The notes: generated by a model not told the origin, from the letters alone. DNA of 64,000 nucleotides from an uncultured Verrucomicrobiae bacterium (GCA_963837955.1 CAWIPH010000002.1:3488001-3552000), one strand, 5' to 3'. Positions 20,412 through 30,498 are shown, counted from the stretch's first letter. Numbers and translations are program-made.

Positions 20412-22328
20412 ATGCCGCAAAATTCTGCCGCACTCCATCTCCCCGAAGATCCACTGAAGGATCTGATCAACGAAAACTTCATCCAGTACGCTTCTTACGT
20501 CATCCGGGATCGGGCCATACCTCAGCTTGAGGATGGGCTTAAGCCGGTCCAGAGGCGCATTCTCCACGCGCTCTACGAAAAAGATGACGGCCGATTCAAC
20601 AAGGTCGCGAACATTGTTGGACATTCCATGCAATACCATCCCCATGGGGATGCTTCGATCGAAGACGCGCTCGTCAATCTTACCAACCGCAGTTATCTAA
20701 TCGAAGGACAGGGAAACTTCGGAAACATACTGACTGGAGATCCCGCCGCGGCTTCCCGTTACATCGAGTGCCGGCTCACCGAACTGGCGCGAAACGAGTT
20801 ATTCAATCCGAAACTCACCGAATACGTTCCTAGTTATGATGGCCGAAATCGCGAACCGCTTTTGCTTCCGGCCAAATTGCCGTTGCTGTTGATGCTCGGT
20901 TCGGAAGGGATCGCGGTCGGACTCTCCACTCGAATTCTGCCGCATAATTTCGTCGAGCTGATCAAGGCGCAGATCGCCGTGTTGCAAAATAGGCGTTTCC
21001 GCCTTCTTCCGGACTTTCCGCAAGGCGGCTTGATGGACCCATCCGACTACAACAAAGGAAACGGCAAAATCAAAGTACGCGCCAAGATCGAGAAGCGAGA
21101 GAATAACCAATTAGTGGTGCGAGAGCTGCCATTTGGAACCACCACGGAGACATTGATCGCCTCGATCGAAGATGCCGCTCGGAAGAAGAAAATCAAAATC
21201 CGTTCGATCAACGATTTCACTGCGGCAAAAGTGGAAATCGTCATTACGCTTTCTCCGGGAGAAGATCTGGAGAAAACCATTGCCGCCCTGTATCACTTCT
21301 CGCAATGCGAGATGACGATCCATTCCAATCTGGTCGTGATCCAAGGCGACCGGCCCGTCCAAATGGATGTCGAGCAGGTGATTCGGTCGAACACCGATCA
21401 ACTGGTTCACTTGCTGAAACGGGAATTGGAAATCAGCGAGAGCGAAAACAACGATGAACTCCACCGCAAGTCGCTGATTCAACTATTCATCGAGCACCGC
21501 ATTTACAAGAAGATCGAAGATTGCGAGACGTACGAAGCAGTGCAAAAGGCGGTGCTGCGCGGCCTGGCGCCGCACCGGCCGCAGCTTACTCGTGACATCA
21601 CTCCGGAAGATGTAGAGATGCTCCTGGGTCTCCCCATCAAGCGCATTTCCAAGTTCGATCTGCAGAAAAATAATGAAGAGAAAGCGAAGATCGTCCAGGA
21701 ACTGAAAGAGATTCGGCAGAATCTACGTCGCCTTGTTCCCTACGCGATTGCCTACTTGGAAGAGCTCATCACTAAATACGGAAAGACTTACAAACGCCGC
21801 ACCCAGTTGACTGAGGCAGAGGAGATTGACGTTCGCGAACTCACTGCGGAAGAACTGCCGATCGTGTACGATCAGGAACGCGGGTTCCTTGGATCGGAAG
21901 TGAAAGGTGAGGCCGCGTTTCGCTGTTCTCCGTTGGATCGACTGATGCTCGTCTGGGAGAATGGGCGTTATCAAATGATCCCTCCGCCCGAAAGATTGTT
22001 TGTGGATAAGGATCTACTCTATTTCGGAATTTACGATCGAGATCGAGTTTTCACGATCGTCTATAGCACGTCGAAGGCCACTTTTTTGAAGCGGTTTGCG
22101 TTTGGAGGTGCGATCATGAACCGCGATTATTCGTGTACGCAGGAAGGAGCAAAGATCCGCTTTATCACCGATAAGCCCGTAAAAGAGCTTCGCCTTAAAT
22201 ATCGCCACACCAAAGGTTCGCGGGTTGACGAGCAGACTTTTGCGACGAGCGACATCATCGTCCGGGGACCAAAAGCCCGCGGTCTCCAAGTGACCAAGCG
22301 AACAGTCACCAGCGTTTTTGGGAAGTAG
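20412..22328 (+). CDS. parC: DNA topoisomerase IV subunit A
   Basis: YASYVIRDRAIP..EDGLKPVQRRIL, YHPHGD, AAASRY catalytic Tyr; 638 aa, no GyrA box seen. Confidence 0.9.
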   Translation: MPQNSAALHLPEDPLKDLINENFIQYASYVIRDRAIPQLEDGLKPVQRRILHALYEKDDGRFNKVANIVGHSMQYHPHGDASIEDALVNLTNRSYLIEGQGNFGNILTGDPAAASRYIECRLTELARNELFNPKLTEYVPSYDGRNREPLLLPAKLPLLLMLGSEGIAVGLSTRILPHNFVELIKAQIAVLQNRRFRLLPDFPQGGLMDPSDYNKGNGKIKVRAKIEKRENNQLVVRELPFGTTTETLIASIEDAARKKKIKIRSINDFTAAKVEIVITLSPGEDLEKTIAALYHFSQCEMTIHSNLVVIQGDRPVQMDVEQVIRSNTDQLVHLLKRELEISESENNDELHRKSLIQLFIEHRIYKKIEDCETYEAVQKAVLRGLAPHRPQLTRDITPEDVEMLLGLPIKRISKFDLQKNNEEKAKIVQELKEIRQNLRRLVPYAIAYLEELITKYGKTYKRRTQLTEAEEIDVRELTAEELPIVYDQERGFLGSEVKGEAAFRCSPLDRLMLVWENGRYQMIPPPERLFVDKDLLYFGIYDRDRVFTIVYSTSKATFLKRFAFGGAIMNRDYSCTQEGAKIRFITDKPVKELRLKYRHTKGSRVDEQTFATSDIIVRGPKARGLQVTKRTVTSVFGK

Positions 22329-22494
22329 TTGGCAGCCCTAAGTCAGGTGCGCATTCGAAAAACGCATCGAGCCTCGAACGTCCGGGATGGGGTAAAATCA
22401 CGAATGAATCAAGGCGATCTCGCCGACTTGTCCGCAATAGCAATCGCGATCTGCAGGTATATCCACCGTGACTGCTGCAACGGCGGAGACGGTA

Positions 22495-24381
22495 TCAGGC
22501 TTTCGCCCCTGCCGATTCCTGTCTCCCGGATTCTGATAGCGGATACATCTTGGCCAATTCTTCCGCAACGACCGCTAATTTCTCTTCGACTCCAGGATGT
22601 AGTTTCGGACCTTCGTGCGACACGACCAAGAAGACGTCATCGGCTTGCGATGCAGTAAGAAATTCGTCTCCCACCTGAAAAGTCGCTAACCGCGTATCCC
22701 CTCTTTGTCGTTCCTGCGTTCGATTCGGCAAATTCTTGAATAAGAGTTCATAATCGCGACCCGGAGTCTTCAATTGCTCGCTAAGACGCTCCGGCAAGTC
22801 GCCTCCTAGAACGGCGCCGCGCTGCCGGACAACTAGAGCGTTTTCGATCCCAGGAAGCTCCGAAACCAAATGCGCCACGCGGTTCGCATCGAGGGTTTCT
22901 TCAGTAAAGAACTCACTTTCGAGTCGATAAGAATCCCAGGACTGAGTCACAGCCGGCAGCGGCTCGTTCTTCAACAGCGGAAGCGCCGGTTCTTTCGCAG
23001 GACGCACAATTTCTTGAGTGACAAAGGCTTCGTCTCGTTCCCGATCCTTCGGCTCGACCGGTTCCTCTTTCACAGGTAATGACTTCGGTTCTTGTATTGC
23101 CATCGACCTGGCGGCCGCCTCCTCCTCTTGCGGCTTCTCGACAACCGGCAATGGCGCCGGCTCCCGGATTTCCACTAACTTAGAAATTGTCTGCTCCTGC
23201 TCAGCAACGGGCAAGGGCCCCGGCTCTCGAGTTTCGACAACCTTAGAAACCGTCTCCTCATGCTGCTTCTCAACAACTGGCGGCGGCGCCGGCTCCTGAA
23301 TTTCGACTCGCCTGGAAACCGTATCGTCGCGTTCCTTCTCAACAACTGGCACCGGTTTCGGCTCACGTTCCTGAATTTCCACCAACTTAGAAACCGCTTC
23401 GTCATGCTCCTTCTCAGTGGTCGCCAGGGCGGTGCGCGCTTCGTCCAACCGCTCCAGGGTTTCGGCATACGAAAATCGAGCTGTATTCAGACGACCCTGC
23501 AAGCCGGCAAACTCGGATTCGACCCGATCCCGCTCACTTGCCAATCTGATCCGCTCTTTATCGATCCGCTCAATCTCTTCTTTCATTTGCTGGATCTCGC
23601 CCCGCATTGATTCTGTCCCGCGGCCAACCAGAGCTATTCGTTGAGCGTTGGTTCGGACGTCGCGGGTACTCGTTAACTCCGCCAGGTGCCGGTCCATCAC
23701 CGTCACCTCCTGGATCAGTGCCTCTCGAGCTACTAGACGCTCATCCAGCTCCTTCCGGATCGGTTCCAATTGTTGCAAGCCGATCTGCCGCTTCTCGTGC
23801 AAATCAGTAACTTCGGTTTTCGCGCTTTCTATCTCATCCCGCAGGGCACCGTGCTGGAGGTGTAATTCGGCTAATTGGGCGGAAGCAACAGCTACCTGAC
23901 TTCTCGCGTCTTCGATTTCGTTTTTGATTGTGACTAGCTCGTCCTGACACTGCAGATATTTGCGCCGGTCCGTTTGCAACTGGTATTGGGCGCGGGAAAT
24001 CTCGTCAATTACTCGGCTATGATCCGACAAGCGGGTATTGAGCTCATCCTCGGCGATTGAAACTTGGCGCTTGACGCCCGCGACCTCTTTCTTCGCTTCC
24101 TCGACATCGAGCATGACGCGAGCGAGCACACGTTGAGCCTTCTCGTTTTCAATCTTGTTCCGCATCAGCGCTGATAAAGAGCCGAGAAGCTCTTCTTCAG
24201 TCTTCGCCAGAACAGCTCGGGTCAGTTCAGGATCCATCCGGAGCCATGGAGGGGTATAGCTCTGTTCCGAAAGAGCCTGGGCTTGGTCCAAGCCGAAACT
24301 TAACTCCCCGGGAGATTCAACAGAGGGCTGCACACCTTCATTGGAAACCCCGCCGCCTGGCGTGTCGGTCTCATTTGCCAT
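22495..24381 (-). CDS. Long coiled-coil protein with Pro/Glu-rich repeats and C-terminal Roadblock/LC7-like domain
   Basis: About 300 aa heptad-rich region, repeats VSK(L/V)VE(I/T)xEPxPxPVVEK, then LPGIENALVVRQRGAVLGGDLP...KLAVVAEEL. Confidence 0.7.
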   Translation of the reverse strand: MANETDTPGGGVSNEGVQPSVESPGELSFGLDQAQALSEQSYTPPWLRMDPELTRAVLAKTEEELLGSLSALMRNKIENEKAQRVLARVMLDVEEAKKEVAGVKRQVSIAEDELNTRLSDHSRVIDEISRAQYQLQTDRRKYLQCQDELVTIKNEIEDARSQVAVASAQLAELHLQHGALRDEIESAKTEVTDLHEKRQIGLQQLEPIRKELDERLVAREALIQEVTVMDRHLAELTSTRDVRTNAQRIALVGRGTESMRGEIQQMKEEIERIDKERIRLASERDRVESEFAGLQGRLNTARFSYAETLERLDEARTALATTEKEHDEAVSKLVEIQEREPKPVPVVEKERDDTVSRRVEIQEPAPPPVVEKQHEETVSKVVETREPGPLPVAEQEQTISKLVEIREPAPLPVVEKPQEEEAAARSMAIQEPKSLPVKEEPVEPKDRERDEAFVTQEIVRPAKEPALPLLKNEPLPAVTQSWDSYRLESEFFTEETLDANRVAHLVSELPGIENALVVRQRGAVLGGDLPERLSEQLKTPGRDYELLFKNLPNRTQERQRGDTRLATFQVGDEFLTASQADDVFLVVSHEGPKLHPGVEEKLAVVAEELAKMYPLSESGRQESAGAKA

Positions 24382-24505
24382 AAAAGCCACCTTTCTACTT
24401 AGGTTTGTCTGCGCCTGTCGAGGAGAAACGAACCTTTTATATCGGAGTAGCGATGTTTCAAGGCCCAACATTTGGACCACCCTTCCCGGGGTTAAAACCC
24501 CGAGC

Positions 24506-24676
24506 GGGAGGGCGCACGTTCCTCGTGCGCAGTGGATCGCGAGGATCCGACGTGAGGGGAGGCAGTAAGCGGGCGCTGGGAACCGGATACGCTGAGTACG
24601 CCGAAGGCGTTAGGGGACTCAGCCCGCGGTTGAGGCTTTGCGTAACCCCGGGACCTCCCAAATGCGCGTGCGCTCT
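24506..24676. repeat. Left arm of compound palindromic repeat (inverted partner 26697-26887)
   Basis: GGGAGGGCGCACG..GGATCGCGAGGAT.CGACGTGAGGGG..GTACGCCGAAGGCGTTAG.GGACTCAGCCCG..GAGGCTTTGCGTAACCCCGGGA..AAATGCGCGT.CGCTCT. Confidence 0.9.
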
Positions 24677-24726
24677 CATAAGGAACATGGTGGAGTTTAG
24701 CGTGGAGTTCACAGCGGAGATCGGTC

Positions 24727-26135
24727 TCAGGTAGCGATAGGAGTCAGTTGGTAGCCCATCTGGCGGGCAGCAGAGGAGAGTCGTTTGAGACGTCGGGTCT
24801 GATTGGCCTTTTCGTAAGCAGCAAAGATGGTCAGATCAAAGGGGACTCGATGAACGATGAGGTGCCAGAGGATTCTGGCTAATTGGTGGGCCATGGCGGT
24901 GATAGCCTTGGGAGCACCTAGTTTGGCGCGCAAGCGTCGGTATTTGTCTCCCAGGTAGCTCTTATCATGGTGCAAGGAAGAGGCAGCCATGCGCAATGCC
25001 TGTCGAACCCGATTTTGGCTGCGACGTGTCGCTCGCCGAAGACTTTGCTAGCGCTGGTCTCGTTATCCGGACACAGACAGAGCCAGGAACTAAAGTGGTG
25101 TGCGCTCTTGAAAGCACCCAGGTCATTACCTAGCTCGGTCATCAGGGTAATACCGGTGAGAACGCTGATGCTTGGGATAGCGGTCAGATCAACGCCAAAG
25201 AAGCGAGAGAGTTCTTCTCGCCAAGGCCCCGGGGGTTCATTCTTGCTGGTTTTCCTGCGCGGTTTGCTGGGCCGGGCAACGGGATGAGAGCGGGCTGCTT
25301 GCGTGCTCAAGCGCACGGTCTTGATCGGCTTGGCCAGAGTAGTACAGGCTTCCAATTGGCGGGTGTATTCCAGCAGCTGTTGATCACATTTTTGGATTTG
25401 GTGTTGAGCCTGCTTCCAATTTTCCCAGGCCACTTTTAAAACAAAGAGGTGTTCGCTGCGCCAATCGCCCTCCAAGGCTTTGACGATGGTTTGTTGGGAA
25501 GCTTTGATTCGGTGATCGCGATGCTTGGCCAATTGGTGTGGGTCTCGCTCACCCTCTAAAATGGCCTCGATGATCGCCAGCCCCGTCATGCCCGTCAGAT
25601 CGTCGATGACGTGGTGGAGCTTAATATTCATTTGATCCAAGGCCGCCTGCATATGCTGGAGATGCTGAGCAGCCTGGGTGAGCAGATTTTGCCGATAGCG
25701 GTAAATGCTCCGCGCGGCACAGATGGCTTGATCGGGCCGATAAGAAGCCCGCAATAGACCCACGCTGTGGAGGTACTGCAACCATTGACAGTCGCCCACG
25801 TCACTTTTGCGACCCGGTACATTTTTGACATGCCGGGCGTTGACTAAACAGACCTTCAGTCCGGCATCGGCCAGAAGCTGATAGAGTGGAATCGAGTAAA
25901 CACCGGTCGATTCCATTGCTACGGTACGAATCCCGCAATCTCGCAGCCACTGGACAATGGCCTTGAGCTCCTGAGTAAATGCACCAAATCTTCTGATTGG
26001 CTTCTCGCTACGATCAGGCGCTACAGCAACCCAGATTTCATTGGCTCCTACATCAATGCCAGCCGCATCGGGCTCTGGCTCGTGTAACGGTTTTGGCGCT
26101 TCGGACTTGGTTTTTGTCTTCTCGTGTTGTTTCAT
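24727..26135 (-). pseudogene. IS110 DEDD transposase/recombinase with one-base frameshift near 25040
   Basis: AAGIDVG, MESTG, GRKSDVGD, SWLCLCPDNETS; C-terminus ALRMAA...KAITAMAHQLAR is in another frame (24727-24996). Confidence 0.9.
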
Positions 26136-26150
26136 TCTCTCGTTGATTAG

Positions 26151-26338
26151 CCAACGAAGGAGGCTTGGCTCAGACGGCGAAAGATCGAGACATTCTCATA
26201 AACGGGGTCTTGCAAGCACCACAGTGCTTTCCAGCCACCAGTGAAAAAATCGTAGCGTCTGATTCCATGCTGAAAGGCGGGTTTAGTTACTGCTAAACAC
26301 CACTGGGCAAGCGGATTACTTGCCAAGCCTCCTCGTTG
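26151..26338 (-). ncRNA. Putative IS110 bridge RNA
   Basis: Outer stem 26152-26169/26322-26338 encloses two parallel modules carrying CTCATAA (26195-26201) and CTGAAAG (26270-26276); strand assumed from the transposase. Confidence 0.7.
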
Positions 26339-26696
26339 CATCCCTCCTCTTAGCGAAGGAAGACTCCACTACGCCACTAAATGAATGTTCCTACGGTGAA
26401 AAACACCCGCGCAGCCGGGTTGAAGGAGGAAAGAGCGCAAGACCGTCTGGAAGAACGGCGCTCATTACCCGGCTCCCTGACCACCGACTAGCCGGCCCAA
26501 TCGGCGACAACCGCCCTCTTGGATCCCCTCACTCGGTGGCGGCCGGTGCAGATTGTTGCTGCTGTCACCAAGCACCTCAACAGTGACGATTGGCGAACCA
26601 TTGACCCGATAATATTCGACGCGGTGGTCAAAGCTCCGTGATTTGGCGTTCGGTAATCGCGGCCGTTCGGTAGAAGGCTTCTTGCGCTCTTTCCTC

Positions 26697-26887
26697 TCAG
26701 AGCGGACGCGCATTTTTTTGGGTTTCCCGGGGTTACGCAAAGCCTCCACCCCGGGCTGAGTCCTCTAACGCCTTCGGCGTACCGGCGTAACCGCCGTATC
26801 CGGCTGCGCGCTTACTGCCTACTGCTTACTGCCTCCCCTCACGTCGCATCCTCGCGATCCACGGCGCACGAGGACGTGCGCCCTCCC
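26697..26887. repeat. Right arm of compound palindromic repeat
   Basis: Imperfect reverse complement of 24506-24676; includes short CTTACTGC repeats. Confidence 0.9.
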
Positions 26888-27043
26888 CCCTCCTGGGCAG
26901 AGAATCGAAAATCGTTCTCGCTAGTAACTGCAGCTCGCGGCTGCGTCCTGTTTGGCATTGCGTCTTCCGGAATAGTCACATCCCCGACAGCCAGTTCCGG
27001 AGCTTGACCTTTCTTTTCTCTGTTATATTTTCCCCTCCTCTTC

Positions 27044-27115
27044 GCCGGTATAGCTCAGTGGTAGAGCAGCGCATTCGTAATGCGCGGGTCGTCGGTTCAA
27101 GTCCGACTACCGGCT
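27044..27115 (+). tRNA. tRNA-Thr (CGT)
   Basis: Acceptor GCCGGTA/TACCGGC, D-arm AGCTCAGTGGTAGAGC, anticodon arm GCGCA-TTCGTAA-TGCGC, T-loop GGTTCAAGTCC; CCA not encoded. Confidence 0.97.
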
Positions 27116-27446
27116 CCCCCTCGTAGAACCACTTAACTCGCTCATTCGTAGCCTGATGCGTAAATGATAGTTTTACTAACATCTACTGTATGATTGCCGC
27201 CACGGCAATCGCAGCCTGGGCCCCCTCGCCACCGCAAACAAAGAGCATTTCCAACGCTTTGTACCATACGGACTCACCCTCTTATCCCCAACTTAGGCAA
27301 AAGCGAACGACTTTTCTAACTGACGATCCCCCCTGGCGATGGCGTCGCAGCCCCAGTTATGATTGACGCAACTGACCAGAACGCTCAGACTTAAGCACGT
27401 TCTCCCAGAGACCTAACGCTAGCCCCCCGAAAAGAGATATCAAGCC

Positions 27447-27710
27447 ATGCCATATTTGCTCGCTCGTCACAAAGTTGCCGACTTTTCCACGTGGAAAGCT
27501 GGTTACGATTCCCATTCACAGGCCCGGCAGAAAGCGGGTCTCAAACAAGAGCATCTGCTGCGCAATATCGACAACCCAAACGAGGTAATCCTATTGTTTG
27601 AAGCAGAAGATATCCAAAAAGCGCGAGAGTTTGCTAACTCATCTGACTTGCGCGAAACCATGCAGAAGGTTGGGGTGGTTGATAAACCGGATATTTATTT
27701 TCTCAGTTAG
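27447..27710 (+). CDS. Small dimeric alpha-beta barrel ('cyclase'-like) protein
   Basis: RHKVADFSTWKAGYD...DNPNEVILLFE...LRETMQKVGVVDKP. Confidence 0.7.
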   Translation: MPYLLARHKVADFSTWKAGYDSHSQARQKAGLKQEHLLRNIDNPNEVILLFEAEDIQKAREFANSSDLRETMQKVGVVDKPDIYFLS

Positions 27711-27922
27711 CGGCCTGCCAACCACTTGGCGGCGCGCCTCCACAAATCATCAGTCACTGAAATCCGCATAGGCTCAATCGTAGCCGGGATTCAGTATCAG
27801 CGCAGCGAAGGCCTCCAAACATCGCCTTGCGGATGCCTTAAGAAAGCGCCATGCGATGGCGAAGAAGTCGCAGACAGAGCGGTTTTAGGTTGTTTTGCCG
27901 TAACCGTTTTGCTTCTAGCATT

Positions 27923-28409
27923 ATGAGGAAGAGTTCGAGGTCAATCTCATTCCGCGCCGGCCACTTGGAGTTCGTCAAAATTAACGCCGCCAATTTTGAC
28001 ATACGAGACACTTATCATCTCATTTTGACCTTAACCTGGCCACGCTTCGCCGGAATGCTCCTGGCCATTTACATCTTGTTATTTTTCTTCGCCGGCTTGT
28101 ACTTACTTGGCGGAAACTGCATCGCCGAACTACCGTCGGGCTCGTTTTCTGATACCTTTTTTTTCAGCGTAGAAACCCTGAACACAGTTGGGTACGGACA
28201 CATGTACCCGGATACCTTCTACGGTCACGCGCCTGATGACATCGATCGTCTGCATCGACTCCGTAATTCCAGCGCCAGTCCAGTGCGCGACCGATTACAC
28301 CTACGACGATATTCTCTGGAACCGCCGTTTTGTGGAAATCTACACCGAGACCTCTGACGGTCGTCTAACTGTAGATTACGGCCGGTTTAACGATACCGAA
28401 CCGGCGTGA
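27923..28409 (+). pseudogene. KirBac-like inward-rectifier K+ channel with large internal deletion
   Basis: DTYHLILTLTW..FFFSVETLNTVGYGHMYP filter, then a frame change near 28229 directly into the C-terminal DILWNRRFVEI..VDYGRFNDT. Confidence 0.85.
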
Positions 28410-28707
28410 CCCGGCATCGGCAGGCCATCTGATTAAACCCTGGCTCCGGAAGAAAACAAATCGGAAGAGTTAGCGAATGTCAAACTTAGCTTCGTCTGCG
28501 AATAAGCGACCTAGCTCTAGCTTTCTGCTCTGAGCGGCGTTCGCTTCGCCGTAAGATCTCGCCGACCAGGAGTGGAAAGTCACTTAAAGTGTGGGTTGCC
28601 GAAAAGCGATAGGTTTGATTACCGCGCGCGGCATGAGTTCTCGAAAACATAATGTGGCCCTTTCTAGTTTATGCAGCGGCACACTCCTCCTTGGTCCGCT
28701 ACTTCCA

Positions 28708-29266
28708 TCAACGCTTACCCACCACATATGAATCGGTGCGCAAAATCGGAAGGGCCCTTCGGACACGAGCCAGGTTGTCCGTGCTGCCGACGACCGTGAC
28801 TGGCGTCCCAATTTGGACTCGCTCGAAAAACAGGGCAGCGAGATCGCGCGGCATCCGCACGCATCCGTGGGACGCGGGAAATCCTGGAAGGTAACCGGCG
28901 TGCATCCCGACCGCCGGACTGAATTCCATGAAGTACGGCATCGGCGCGGGTTGATAATGGCTGCCCCTGGGTACATGGCTGCTCGGAGTCGCATTTGAGT
29001 TGACCACTCTTCCGTAAGCGTCGACGACCAACCCGAAGTTCCGAGAACATGACGAATCTTTGTTGAAAATCGCTGATGTTACCCCTCGGCGTTGACCAAC
29101 CAGGTTTACCGGAAGCAATAGGAGAAACCAGTGTGATTCTCCCTTGCTGTACCAGCGAGACTCTCTGATCAGACAAATTGATGATCACCCTGGTCTGCGC
29201 AGCCATCCCCGGGCTCCCCAACAGGAGCGCTGACAGTGCAATTACGAAATTAAGGTGTGTTTTCAT
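28708..29266 (-). pseudogene. L,D-transpeptidase (YkuD) with frameshift near 29075
   Basis: Signal peptide plus IINLSDQR..IASGKPGWSTPRG in one frame; MPYFMEF..GMHAG..PASHGCVRMP in another. Confidence 0.85.
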
Positions 29267-29831
29267 TGCGATTCCCCGGTTGTTCGGGCCGACGAAATCT
29301 AATTGGTGTGAGTGCTAATATTGGTTGAATTGTGAGGTCTCGGCAGCAAACGCAGTTCTTTTTCTTAACTAATCGAAGAAATTGACCACCACCCCTCCCG
29401 ACGACGTTCTCGCTTTGTTGGCTCATAGGGTTTTGAGGGTTGAGGTCCTTTAACTAAGATCATGAAGCTCGCCCCGCTCTATTAGCTTCTCCCATTCTCT
29501 TATCGCTGCTAAACGGTCGCCTGGGTATGACCGGGGCGACTACAGGCGTGATCGAATAAATCAAACGGGATCAAAACCTGAACGGTTCTGAAACGGAGTT
29601 ACCGGTCGCTGATACCTAGGGGGTTTGCTCAATTGCACGCATTAAAGGGTCGCCGAGCAACCGAAACTTCCGTTTAGGATCACATATAACATGTGAGCAC
29701 TGTGTTAGTATATTTCGAATAAATCGCTGCGATATTCATTCGGCGCATGTCATATTTTGTCGAGCCTCGATCCAGGGCTCTCAAAGCTTGCAGACAAAAA
29801 GCATTTGGATCTAACCTACCTTCACCCCCCT

Positions 29832-29981
29832 ATGGCTATAATACTTCTCGCAATTGTCTTGGCAGCGATAACCGGCGCGAACTATTTCGGAAGACCAATA
29901 ACGCGCACGATGTGGCTGGTTCTCTTCATCGTGTCGGTGGTCGCCCTGGTCCTGATTCTTTTGGCCTATTCTCATTTCTGA
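29832..29981 (+). CDS. Small two-TM hypothetical protein
   Basis: MAIILLAIVLAAITGANYFGRPITRTMWLVLFIVSVVALVLILLAYSHF. Confidence 0.45.
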   Translation: MAIILLAIVLAAITGANYFGRPITRTMWLVLFIVSVVALVLILLAYSHF

Positions 29982-30218
29982 CGTTCGCGGCCTGCTGGCG
30001 CCTTTTCCGTAAATCGCTTTACCTCTGTGGGGCGAACCCGGTCAAAATATATTGCCGCTACGCATTGCGTTGTGTGCTTTGTGCCCCCATATGCAATTCG
30101 TTTTCGCCCCTATGCGTTAGCTCCAGCCAGAAACACATTTGAAGAAAGTTGTTGCCAGCACCACGCTAGAACTGCTAAATTTTTCAGACTGATTATCTAA
30201 ACAAATTTGCCAGCCCCC

Positions 30219-30404
30219 ATGGCTCTTATTGCGCTCATCGTTCTTACACTACTGGTCATTCGTGCCATCTATCTAGGACTTACGACGGAAGCACGGAGGA
30301 GGTCAGAGTTCGCTCGGGTCCGAACGCAAGCGGTATATCAAGAAACCGAAGAAATTCCCGAGCTGCACTTCGCTCCCAGGATATTCCGGAGTCGTTACTG
30401 GTGA
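30219..30404 (+). CDS. Small single-TM hypothetical protein
   Basis: Hydrophobic N-terminus followed by a charged tail. Confidence 0.4.
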   Translation: MALIALIVLTLLVIRAIYLGLTTEARRRSEFARVRTQAVYQETEEIPELHFAPRIFRSRYW

Positions 30405-30498
30405 AAAATCGCGCAAAAGCGATGTGAGTGAGACCAGGCCTGCGTCGATCCGAGTTTCCCTATTTGAATCCTGATCACGTTCTCGACACAATGTATTC

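Larger units (their letters stand above)
24677..26428 (-). mobile_element. IS110-family insertion sequence
   Basis: DEDD recombinase; removing 24677-26428 restores hairpin GCGCTCT-GAA-AGAGCGC; no long terminal IRs or target duplication. Confidence 0.85.

Noticed and set aside
18031..22328. gyrB/gyrA assignment
   Set aside because: Both subunits are short and the A subunit lacks a recognisable GyrA box; topo IV fits better, though a phylogeny would be decisive
25030..25050. Programmed ribosomal frameshift in the IS110 transposase
   Set aside because: No X-XXY-YYZ slippery heptamer at the site, and similar one-base breaks occur in unrelated genes
24506..26887. Long inverted arms as terminal IRs of the IS
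   Set aside because: IS110 elements lack long terminal IRs, parts of the arm recur without the IS (61009), and the left arm continues on the far side of the IS
27116..27446. Prophage or integrase at tRNA-Thr
   Set aside because: No tyrosine/serine integrase or phage genes, and no att repeat seen
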